From assembly GCA_964564625.1 (NCBI GenBank), contig CAZMBE010000011.1, positions 17,519 to 81,518 on the forward strand: 64,000 bases of DNA, written 5' to 3'. Position 1 is the first letter of the stretch. Each line of letters starts with the position of its first letter. Both the position numbers and the translations under genes were made by a program. Positions 39,951 to 50,485 of the stretch are shown in pieces. The stretch is from an uncultured Syntrophaceae bacterium (lineage in GTDB: Bacteria; Desulfobacterota; Syntrophia; Syntrophales; UBA2185). Under the pieces are notes generated by a model, which did not search any database, was not told where the DNA came from, and was given only the letters and a program-made list of their open reading frames with translations.

Positions 39951-39995
39951 GTCCCTTTATACTATTCTTTATAAAATAATTTGATGGAAAGGGAC
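39951..39995 (+). promoter_or_regulatory. Inverted repeat overlapping the Shine-Dalgarno region of the small ORF preceding ligA
   Basis: gtcccttt (39951-39958) pairs with aaagggac (39988-39995): an 8-bp stem with a 29-nt AT-rich loop. The 3' arm contains the GGAAAGGGA purine run 9 nt upstream of ATG 40005. Confidence 0.3.
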
Positions 39996-40004
39996 TAAAA
40001 AATA

Positions 40005-42298
<2,294 letters not shown>

Positions 42299-42299
42299 A

Positions 42300-42575
42300 A
42301 TGATGAGAAGAACGCACGTTTTCATCTCCGGCAGGGTTCAGGGTGTCTTTTTCAGGGCATATACAAGAGAAACCGCCATGACTTTAAAGCTCACGGGGTG
42401 GGTCAGAAATCTCCCGGACGGTAAAGTTGAATCTGTCTTTGAAGGGAAAAACGAAGATGTTGAGGCGATGCTGGAATGGTGCAAGAAAGGGCCACCGCAC
42501 GCCATCGTAAATAATGTTGAAGCTTTTGATGAGCCATACATGGGAGAATTTCACAATTTCCGCATAACGTACTAA
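42300..42575 (+). CDS. acyP: Acylphosphatase
   Basis: 91 aa. VFISGRVQGVFFRAYTRE and GWVRNLPDGKVE signature motifs. Confidence 0.9.
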   Translation: MMRRTHVFISGRVQGVFFRAYTRETAMTLKLTGWVRNLPDGKVESVFEGKNEDVEAMLEWCKKGPPHAIVNNVEAFDEPYMGEFHNFRITY

Positions 42576-42577
42576 GA

Positions 42578-43780
42578 TTAAGACACATCTCCACAGCGTC
42601 CAAGAGCCTCCCTAAACGTTTCTTCAAAACCCTTCATGGAATTGAGGATGGTTGCGTCGTCCACACAAAAAGCGATCCGGAAATGACCCGGCCAACCGAA
42701 TCCACTGCCCGGAACAGTGAGAATTCTCCTCTTCTGCAACGCTCTCACGAATTCGATATCATCATTTACCGGTGCTTTCGGAAAGAGGTAGAAAGTTCCA
42801 TCCGGCCTGAAAAATTCATACCCGATGGCGGCAAGGCCATCACAGAGGATTTCTCTCTTCCTTCTGTATTTCTCAACATCTACTGTCACACCTTGTATTT
42901 TTGCGATCACCCGCTGCATCAAGGCAGGAGCATTGACAAACCCGAGAGTCCTGTTGAAGAGAATCAGCCCACCCATCATTTCATCAATATTTGAAAGCGC
43001 AGGATTGACGGCAAGATAACCTATCCGCTCACCGGCCAGGGAAAGACTTTTTGAATAGGAAGATGCAATCATGCTGTTTTTGTAAGCTTTCAATATGCTT
43101 GGAACCGTAACACCATCATAGACGACGTCTCGGTATGGTTCATCCGATACAAGATAAATGTCCCCTCCGTATTTTCTGCTTTTCTCCTCTAAAAGTTCAG
43201 AAAGGCGCCGTATCGACGCTTCATCATACACTTTTCCCGTAGGATTATTGGGAGAATTAATAAGAACTATCTTGGTTCTTTCTGAAATTGCTTCCCGTAT
43301 CAGAGATAAATCCAGGGAAAAATCAGCGTTTGTCTTCACGAACATTGCTTTACCATCGGCATTATCGACGTAAAACCTGTATTCCATAAAACAGGGTGTA
43401 GGGATTAACACTTCATCATCCCGATCGAGGAGTACTTTGCATATGACATTCAGCGCCCCCGCTGCCCCACAGGTCATGATCACGTGATCCGCAGACAGCG
43501 GTACTCCGTGTACATGCGCAAGAAAAGAAGCCACGGCCTCTCTGGTCCCAGGGTATCCCGCATTTGACATATATCCGTGAATACCTGAAACATCCTCATG
43601 CGCAACCTGCTGCAGCGTTTTTTTAAAATCCGCTGGAGGATCTAGACTAGGATTGCCAAGACTGAAATCAAAAACATTCTGAGCCCCATGCTGCTTCTTT
43701 AAAATATTGCCCTCCTCAAACATCTTTCTGATCCAGGAAGACTGGGAAATAAAACCATGAACTTTTTTTGAAATTGCCAT
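42578..43780 (-). CDS. PLP-dependent aminotransferase, class I/II (aspartate/alanine aminotransferase-like)
   Basis: 400 aa. FSLGNPSLDPP, INSPNNPTGKV and the PLP-lysine motif SYSKSLSLAGERIGY. The exact substrate cannot be called from sequence. Confidence 0.85.
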   Translation of the reverse strand: MAISKKVHGFISQSSWIRKMFEEGNILKKQHGAQNVFDFSLGNPSLDPPADFKKTLQQVAHEDVSGIHGYMSNAGYPGTREAVASFLAHVHGVPLSADHVIMTCGAAGALNVICKVLLDRDDEVLIPTPCFMEYRFYVDNADGKAMFVKTNADFSLDLSLIREAISERTKIVLINSPNNPTGKVYDEASIRRLSELLEEKSRKYGGDIYLVSDEPYRDVVYDGVTVPSILKAYKNSMIASSYSKSLSLAGERIGYLAVNPALSNIDEMMGGLILFNRTLGFVNAPALMQRVIAKIQGVTVDVEKYRRKREILCDGLAAIGYEFFRPDGTFYLFPKAPVNDDIEFVRALQKRRILTVPGSGFGWPGHFRIAFCVDDATILNSMKGFEETFREALGRCGDVS

Positions 43781-43984
43781 TGGAACTCCTCACACAAATT
43801 TGTCGCTGTATCATTTCGGGAAGCAATACATATAATAATTACATAACCGAAATTGTTACATTTCATTCGCTTTAATGCTGCTAAAACATCTTTTAAACAC
43901 AAGCTGATGTTTATGGTCATTAACACAGCATGCATGTTACGTCAATATGACAACATCGTAACTTTATTAATTGTCTGAATGCTC

Positions 43985-44013
43985 TTGACAATTGAACATC
44001 TAAACCTTAAACT
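43985..44013 (+). promoter_or_regulatory. Candidate sigma70-type promoter for the FmdB-adk unit
   Basis: TTGACA (43985-43990), exactly 17 nt, then TAAACT (44008-44013). It lies about 34 nt upstream of ATG 44047, which is preceded by GAGGGA. Confidence 0.45.
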
Positions 44014-44046
44014 TCAAAATAGTGAAGTAAGCAAAAAGAGGGACGT

Positions 44047-44262
44047 ATGCCTATTTACGAATTTAAGTGCAAAAAATGCAGCAATATTTTCGAGATCTTA
44101 TTCAGATCAAGCAATGAACAACTTGCAGTATCCTGCCCGGAATGCAAATCAAAAAAGACGGAAAGGTTGATGTCCATATTCGGTGGCAAGATCGGGACTA
44201 CATCATCATCAAGCTGTTCGTCATGTTCGGCGACATCCTGCGGCTCGTGCGGCTCCCATTGA
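44047..44262 (+). CDS. FmdB family zinc-ribbon protein
   Basis: 71 aa. MPIYEFKCKKC...CPECKS is the CxxC...CxxC FmdB signature. Ser/Cys-rich tail. Confidence 0.85.
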   Translation: MPIYEFKCKKCSNIFEILFRSSNEQLAVSCPECKSKKTERLMSIFGGKIGTTSSSSCSSCSATSCGSCGSH

Positions 44263-44376
44263 TTGTGTGCTGTAGGCTGGACTTCAACGCAATTACCGGC
44301 AAAATATTTCATTGTAAAAACCACTTCAATCTATTATAGAAAAGCGTTTCAAAAATATTTTTCTGTGAGTGAACAA

Positions 44377-45057
44377 ATGGAAATGAATATTCTTATCTTT
44401 GGGCCGAACGGCAGCGGTAAAGGAACTTTTGGATCGATAATCAGTGAAAAATTCGGCATACCTCAGGTAGAAACCGGGGTAATTTTCAGGGAAAACATAA
44501 CGAAAGGAACTGAACTGGGAAAACAGGCAAAGTCCTTTATTGATAAGGGCGAACTGGTTCCCGATGATATTACCATCCCCATGATCCTTACGCGTCTTCA
44601 AGAGGATGATTGTAAAAAAGGATGGCTGTTGGACGGCTTCCCGCGGAATATCACTCAGGCCGAGGTCTTCTGGGCAGCACTCCAGAAGGAAAAGATCACT
44701 CTGGAGTATGTTATTGAGCTCGAAATCAACAGGGAAGTGGCCAAGAAGCGTATCATGGGAAGGCGGCTATGTCCCAATGACAATAACCATCCAAATAACA
44801 TGTACGTGAAAGAGAACCTACCCATAGAGAAGGATGGCAAGCTATTGTGCCGGGTATGTGGTCGCGAAGGCTTATTGACCCGTGCAGATGATCAAGATGA
44901 AGCTGCCATCGATAAAAGACACGGCATCTACTTTGACACTAATACAGGCACCCTGGCTGCCGTTAGTTACTTCAAGGAGCGGGTGAAAGTTATTCAAGTT
45001 GATACTCTTCCCGGCGTCAAAGAAGTTTCCTCACACCTCTTTAGGCTGCTTACATAG
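44377..45057 (+). CDS. adk: Adenylate kinase (long LID type with a Cys/His metal site)
   Basis: MEMNILIFGPNGSGKGT P-loop, and GWLLDGFPRN and LTRADD motifs. Start placed at ATG 44377; the track ORF begins at 44263 with 38 non-homologous residues. Confidence 0.9.
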   Translation: MEMNILIFGPNGSGKGTFGSIISEKFGIPQVETGVIFRENITKGTELGKQAKSFIDKGELVPDDITIPMILTRLQEDDCKKGWLLDGFPRNITQAEVFWAALQKEKITLEYVIELEINREVAKKRIMGRRLCPNDNNHPNNMYVKENLPIEKDGKLLCRVCGREGLLTRADDQDEAAIDKRHGIYFDTNTGTLAAVSYFKERVKVIQVDTLPGVKEVSSHLFRLLT

Positions 45058-45107
45058 TGTAAAACAAAATATCTCTTAACATGGAAAAGGTATTTGCCAA
45101 TCCAATC

Positions 45108-47471
45108 TCATATGGCAACGCACCGGAATCCAAGGATATTTGAGGTGGTATTTTTGCCCATCGGAAACTGTCGGGATAAACTTATCGAACTGTCGGAAAT
45201 CCAACTGCCACCTTTTGCAATGTAAATATCTGTATTTTTCTCTCCGGATGGATGTGATCTCCAACGATCAAGCGTCCATTCCAGCACATTTCCTAGAGTG
45301 TCGGCCACTCCCAAACCATTCACTGCTTCAAGATATTTGTCCACAGGGGTTGTGTCCCCGAAATAGCTTTTTTCAATATTGCAGGCATTTTCCTTCCATT
45401 GATTTCCCCATGGATAGAGGTAACCTCTCGATGTCCTTGCAGCTGCTTCCCACTCCTTCTCTGTTGGAATTCTTTTCCCCGTCCATGCTGCAAAAGCTCG
45501 TGTGTCCTCCAAGCTGACTTGCACTACTGGATGTCTGCGCTTATTATACAGCGAGCTACCCGGGCCGTTTGGCCTGTGCCAGCAAGCCCCCTGCACCTTT
45601 CTATATTGAAGATTTCCACTCCAGGTAAAAGTTTCCATGCCCGTTGCGATGTCCCTTGTTTTCTGAACACGGGGAGTATATACAAAACCGTACCCACATC
45701 TCTCCGCCGTGGTCATATAGCCGGTTTTTTCCACAAATATATCGAACAGGGCATTTGTAACAGGAAATTTACCAATATAAAACTCCAGAATATGCACGTT
45801 CTGAGTGGGTGACTCCTTATTATTGCCATTTACGCCTCCTATGATGTATTCCCCACTTTTTATTAAAATGTGTTGGTTGAAGTATTTCTCCCGGATACTA
45901 AGCTCACGCTCAAATTCCTCTGATAGGAACATTGCCTTTTCTTTAATTTTATCTTTATCATAATAAATTCTATTTTCTAATTCGGGCCCCAGTGTTGCCA
46001 AAAACTTTGCCGCTTCTGAAAGCCGTTCAAAGATTTCAGATTTTTTATAACTATCTTCTTGGTTTCCATATAAAACTTCCGTTACAGACTCTGCTCCGAC
46101 TTCCTCTACAGTTTCTTCTGAAAATTCTTGTTCTGCAGGTATTTCACCTTCAACATCTTCCAGTTCACTCTCCGCCTCTAATTCTTCAATGTCTCCTCCG
46201 CCCACAGTTTCACTTATGGTAATTTCATCTCCTGCTTCCTCTAAAATTTCCTCAACATCTTCTTTCACAACGGCGGATGTTTCACATGATCCCGTCCCTA
46301 ATGTTGGTATATCCTCATGATATTCGATATCTGTTGTCTCAACCACGTAATCAGCTGCTGCTCCAGTGCCTGAGATACCCTCTTCTATCGAGCTTCTGTC
46401 CGCATCTTCTTCCCTGATAGCCGTTTCATTATTAAGCTCTTCTATACTCTCGTCAATTGCATCTGTGATCCAATCTTTTTGCGCAGTCTCACTTTCCACT
46501 TGAATTTCCTGAAGAAATCGTATGGCATCTTCTTCCACATCCAACATATCTTCATACACTGTACTTCCCTCAATGTCCGCACCCGAACTCAAGGTCAATT
46601 CATCATCCAGATTTTCCTCTATAGTCGCTACTTCTTCACCATTGTCTCTAATAGCTCCTTCATCGGCTTCGCATAAATCAACTTCCATTGAGTCTTCCGC
46701 AGCGTTATCATCAATGTCTTCGTAAACCTCTGAGGCCATGTCACTTTCAATAACCTCTTCTACTGACTCTATCTCTCCAACCTGATCTTCGATAATTTCT
46801 TCTGCGTCATCAATCAGAGCATCTTCCTCCACAGATGCTGTCAGATTGTCTGTTGTCTTCCTGGCAATGGCATTTTCAGTGATATCTGAACCGGCACTCC
46901 CAGTTACTCCCGTACCCATTTCCCCGGGCAATGATAGTCCTATTTTCCTAGATACATCAAGGATAAGTCCTTTTACACGATCAAGGATATCATTACCCTC
47001 TGCATAATTTGAAAGGGAACCAGAATTGGATAAGATATCATGTACAGCACTTAACACCGACGCTATTTTACCTATGGTATCTGAACCTTTTTCTTTGAAA
47101 ACTGCAGCGACAGATTCTAGGGCTTTATCCTTGGCCTCATCGGACATCGTAAAAACATTATTAGGCCCGACAATAACTCCCTGAGGATTTTTGCCTTGAT
47201 GATAGAGTTTCTTCAGATCAGCATTTAGGCCTGACTTGATGCTGCTCAAGTTTTTCCTCTTGCCTTTTATAGTTTCAGGATCGTCTCCTATACACCAAAG
47301 GGACTTAATGAGTTCGTCATGAGTAATGCTCTGCAAGGACTCAACCGAACTGTCATCTGCATAGTAATGTCGTAAAATATGGATTAGTTTGTATTTAAGG
47401 GTTTCCTTGCTCTTGTATTGAAGGTTGGTGATGGCTTCATCGATGTCTTGAATTTTAAGTATAACGGCCAC
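45108..47471 (-). CDS. FGE-sulfatase (SUMF1/EgtB/PvdO) domain protein with an unrecognised N-terminal domain and a roughly 260-aa polyacidic linker
   Basis: 787 aa. GTG start with GGGAGA 5 nt upstream. The C-terminal roughly 245 aa (45108-45851) carry FGE-type motifs: FYIGKFPVTNALF, RHPVVQVSLEDTRAFAAWTGKRIPTEKEWEAAAR, NVLEWT, GGSW and LGFRCV. Residues 213-472 are extremely Asp/Glu rich. Confidence 0.85.
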   Translation of the reverse strand: MAVILKIQDIDEAITNLQYKSKETLKYKLIHILRHYYADDSSVESLQSITHDELIKSLWCIGDDPETIKGKRKNLSSIKSGLNADLKKLYHQGKNPQGVIVGPNNVFTMSDEAKDKALESVAAVFKEKGSDTIGKIASVLSAVHDILSNSGSLSNYAEGNDILDRVKGLILDVSRKIGLSLPGEMGTGVTGSAGSDITENAIARKTTDNLTASVEEDALIDDAEEIIEDQVGEIESVEEVIESDMASEVYEDIDDNAAEDSMEVDLCEADEGAIRDNGEEVATIEENLDDELTLSSGADIEGSTVYEDMLDVEEDAIRFLQEIQVESETAQKDWITDAIDESIEELNNETAIREEDADRSSIEEGISGTGAAADYVVETTDIEYHEDIPTLGTGSCETSAVVKEDVEEILEEAGDEITISETVGGGDIEELEAESELEDVEGEIPAEQEFSEETVEEVGAESVTEVLYGNQEDSYKKSEIFERLSEAAKFLATLGPELENRIYYDKDKIKEKAMFLSEEFERELSIREKYFNQHILIKSGEYIIGGVNGNNKESPTQNVHILEFYIGKFPVTNALFDIFVEKTGYMTTAERCGYGFVYTPRVQKTRDIATGMETFTWSGNLQYRKVQGACWHRPNGPGSSLYNKRRHPVVQVSLEDTRAFAAWTGKRIPTEKEWEAAARTSRGYLYPWGNQWKENACNIEKSYFGDTTPVDKYLEAVNGLGVADTLGNVLEWTLDRWRSHPSGEKNTDIYIAKGGSWISDSSISLSRQFPMGKNTTSNILGFRCVAI

Positions 47472-47698
47472 AAAAATCTCCCGAATGTAAAAGTGAGATG
47501 CGTTAGAAAGTATATTATAGTACGATAAAATATATATCGATCAATACAACATTTTCTTTAATCAATGGTCCCACTTTAAAAATTATTGAAATGAATATTT
47601 AATAAATGAAAGATTCAATTCATGTTTTTATAGAATTTGACGATATTAATGCCGAGTATCTCACAGCGCCAGTCTGTGCATGAAGAAGGGGTAAAGAT

Positions 47699-48988
47699 AT
47701 GGAAAATACTATATGGCCTCGTTTTGACGAAATTCTTAGTCGGCACTTTGACCGTCTCATAGGAACACGACAGGGAATCGGGGGGATGCCCCTGAATCTG
47801 GCAACTATAGGATGCATAGTCCTCCTCGGAGGTCGGGAGAATGAAATAGAAAACTCATCATCAGAGGAGACGGAGCGACATACCCGCAATACATTACTGC
47901 AAGAAGCGAAGGAATTGGGTATAGGATCCGCTGATTTTCTGGAGTCTGCACTTCAGGACATGGTTCAGAAAGGATACTATGAAGTTGACACGGAAGACAG
48001 ATTCCTATCCCGACAACCAACCATAACCATGACCCGTCTGTTAGATCGCATCTTCCCCAGAATGCGGGGCATCAATTTGCTTGCTTTCATCGGACAAACA
48101 ATAGAGGAGGCTGTCACCGGTCGCACTGATATAGAAGCAGCAGTATCCCGTTTAGACCAGACACTCCAGCATCACGGAGTTCCCTTTTTTAAGGAGAAAT
48201 CCGTACACACAGTTACTACATCTACAGATCAACAAAATGTTCACAGGAATAGGGAAGAGATACTGTCGAAGCTCTACAACACAGACAAAATTTCTCAGCA
48301 GCCTGCACGTGCAAGCCTCAAAGTACTATCGTGCGGCAGCATACCAGGACATGCCGAGATTAAAGAAATTTTCCCCACGAACAAGAGCCTTTCCGATAGG
48401 AATATCAAAAAAGAAGAACCCATTGTAGAGGATGTATTCAACAAAACTGACTGCAAGCTTCCAGAAGAAGGACAGACAAATACCGTTGAGGCAGAAAGAA
48501 TTTGTGCATGCTCTGAAGAAACCACATTGCTAAACAGGCGGGAAATTCAGCAAGTCTTTCAAAATGAAAAGGCAAATAACAGAAAACCCGAACTGCCCCC
48601 AGAAATGGAAGAGAATGCCCTTATGATTGCAGATAGATGCCAGGAAAATACTATATTGACGGACGATGCAATTGCTGAGAAGATTGCCGCTTTTGAAAGT
48701 AACCTGGCGCTCACATGTCCAATATGCCGTGTAAGCACTCTTCATGAACAAACCACGGCTGCAGGAAAAGTTTACTATACCTGTCCATCCGAAGGTTGTA
48801 ATTTCATAAGCTGGGGCAAGCCTCATCATATAGAGTGCCGGCGTTGCAAAAACCCATTTTTAGTGGAAGTGACTGACACCACTGGAAATACTATCCTCAA
48901 ATGTCCCCGGGCTACGTGCCAATATCATCAGGATCTTAATCCCACAAGAAAATTAGTACGAAAACGGCTTGTACGACGAAGAAAATAG
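47699..48988 (+). CDS. Hypothetical protein with two C-terminal topoisomerase-type C4 zinc ribbons and a basic tail
   Basis: 429 aa, with AAGGGG SD upstream. The ribbons are CPIC...CPSEGC and CRRC...CPRATC (48716-48919). The tail is KLVRKRLVRRRK. The N-terminal roughly 330 aa match nothing I recognise. Confidence 0.7.
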   Translation: MENTIWPRFDEILSRHFDRLIGTRQGIGGMPLNLATIGCIVLLGGRENEIENSSSEETERHTRNTLLQEAKELGIGSADFLESALQDMVQKGYYEVDTEDRFLSRQPTITMTRLLDRIFPRMRGINLLAFIGQTIEEAVTGRTDIEAAVSRLDQTLQHHGVPFFKEKSVHTVTTSTDQQNVHRNREEILSKLYNTDKISQQPARASLKVLSCGSIPGHAEIKEIFPTNKSLSDRNIKKEEPIVEDVFNKTDCKLPEEGQTNTVEAERICACSEETTLLNRREIQQVFQNEKANNRKPELPPEMEENALMIADRCQENTILTDDAIAEKIAAFESNLALTCPICRVSTLHEQTTAAGKVYYTCPSEGCNFISWGKPHHIECRRCKNPFLVEVTDTTGNTILKCPRATCQYHQDLNPTRKLVRKRLVRRRK

Positions 48989-49014
48989 GAATGACCGTTA
49001 TTCTTAATAGAATT

Positions 49015-49692
49015 TCAGATCAACATTGACTTCTCCAAAAAAGCACGAATATCATGGAAATTTTCATACCATACACATGCTGTACCATTTTGCCTGCATT
49101 TTTCATACAGAACTTCCTTGGCAAATACGATATCCGCATTTTTTGCGGGGCATACGTCTGAATATCCATTTCCCACGTAAATGACATGTTCATAGGATCC
49201 GCGATACTCTTTGAGAACGACGCGTTTGCATGTACCGCATTTCTCACATTGAATATTCATGCGGGGGAATAGTATGGAAAGTGCATTACCATTCCGAAAT
49301 ACTACTACATTTGAAAAAAATTCAATTTCCTGGAGATTATATTTTCTCAGAATGGCATCGATATAGAAGTCAAGACCATCGGATACGATCTTGATATCTA
49401 CTCCTTTTTCCTTACAATACTTGTAAAACTCCGGAAAGTGTGGATCCATTTTTTCCGATGCGTTGACGAATTCCAGCATCTGCTCTCTAGTACCTTTGAA
49501 TAGTGATACCACTTTCGAATATGCTTCTCGTGAGCCGATCTCGCCGGCACAGTAAGCCCGATCGATCTCATTCCATCCCTTATCGGTAAAGCGGTTCAGG
49601 ACTTCACTTCCCATATCTACAGTGCAGATGGTCCCATCGAAGTCGCACAATACCAACATCCCGGGATTCTTTTTTCCCACATTTTCTTCCAT
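49015..49692 (-). CDS. HAD-IB phosphatase, MtnX-like
   Basis: LVLCDFDGTICTVDMG (DxDxT motif), VSDGLDFYI, a CEKCGTCK cysteine cluster and YVGNGYSDVCPA, as in MtnX-type phosphatases. Start uncertain (ATG 49692, 49659 or 49740). Confidence 0.75.
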   Translation of the reverse strand: MEENVGKKNPGMLVLCDFDGTICTVDMGSEVLNRFTDKGWNEIDRAYCAGEIGSREAYSKVVSLFKGTREQMLEFVNASEKMDPHFPEFYKYCKEKGVDIKIVSDGLDFYIDAILRKYNLQEIEFFSNVVVFRNGNALSILFPRMNIQCEKCGTCKRVVLKEYRGSYEHVIYVGNGYSDVCPAKNADIVFAKEVLYEKCRQNGTACVWYENFHDIRAFLEKSMLI

Positions 49693-49720
49693 GCTGTGCT
49701 CAATTCCATTTGCTAAAATA

Positions 49721-50485
49721 TTATTTTTGCTTCTCCGCAAGGTTCAGAAAAGGCTTTACCAGATCGATAGGAATAGGAAACAGTGTTGTCGAATTATTCT
49801 CAGCAGCTACCGCATGCAAAGTTTGAAGATACCTGAGCTGCAGGGACATGGGCTGCGTTTCCATCAGGGCGGCTGCTTCGATCAGCTTCTGGGCGGCCTG
49901 GAACTCGCCTTCGGCATTGATTACCTTTGCCCGACGTTCCCTTTCCGCCTCGGCCTGTTTAGCTATGGCCCGTTTCATCTCCTCCGGCAGGTCGATATGC
50001 TTGACTTCTACCAGTGTTACCTTGATACCCCACGGATCGGTGCTTCGATCAAGCATTTCCTGCAATGTCACATTGATCTTCTCCCGTTCAGATAAAATCT
50101 CATCCAGCTCAAACTGACCGCAGATACTCCGCAACGTCGTCTGGGCAAGCTGGGAGGTCGCATAAAGATAGTTCTCCACCTCAACAACAGCAGCGTTTGA
50201 ATCGATAACCCGGAAATACAAAACTGCATTGACCTTAATTGATACGTTGTCCCGGGTAATGACGTCCTGCGGAGGAACATCCATGGTGATGGTCCGCATA
50301 TCCACCTTGACCATCCTGTCCACCACCGGTATCAGGATGATAAGGCCTGGGCCTTTCGTGTCGATAATCCTCCCCAAACGAAATATCACACCTCTTTCAT
50401 ACTCATTGAGCACTCTGATGGCTGATGCCAAAAACATTATTACCAGTACTATTACTACAATCAATGGAATAGAAAACATACTCAT
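49721..50485 (-). CDS. SPFH/band-7 (stomatin-like, slipin) membrane protein
   Basis: 254 aa. N-terminal TM segment, [15 protein letters not shown] and the [23 protein letters not shown] core. ATGA overlap with the nfeD stop. Confidence 0.92.
   Translation of the reverse strand: MSMFSIPLIVVIVLVIMFLASAIRVLNEYERGVIFRLGRIIDTKGPGLIILIPVVDRMVKVDMRTITMDVPPQDVITRDNVSIKVNAVLYFRVIDSNAAVVEVENYLYATSQLAQTTLRSICGQFELDEILSEREKINVTLQEMLDRSTDPWGIKVTLVEVKHIDLPEEMKRAIAKQAEAERERRAKVINAEGEFQAAQKLIEAAALMETQPMSLQLRYLQTLHAVAAENNSTTLFPIPIDLVKPFLNLAEKQK

Noticed and set aside
39786-39974. 62-aa plus-strand ORF in the 598-bp spacer upstream of the small ORF/ligA
   Set aside because: AT-rich, Phe/Leu/Tyr-biased composition typical of random ORFs in AT-rich DNA. 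No SD and no motif. Its end overlaps the hairpin 5' arm.
46056-46835. Possibility that the acidic region of the FGE gene is a DNA tandem repeat or VNTR
   Set aside because: Reading the DNA shows GAA/GAT/GAG-rich codons but no fixed-period unit or exact repeats longer than a few codons. It is compositional bias, not a tandem-repeat array.
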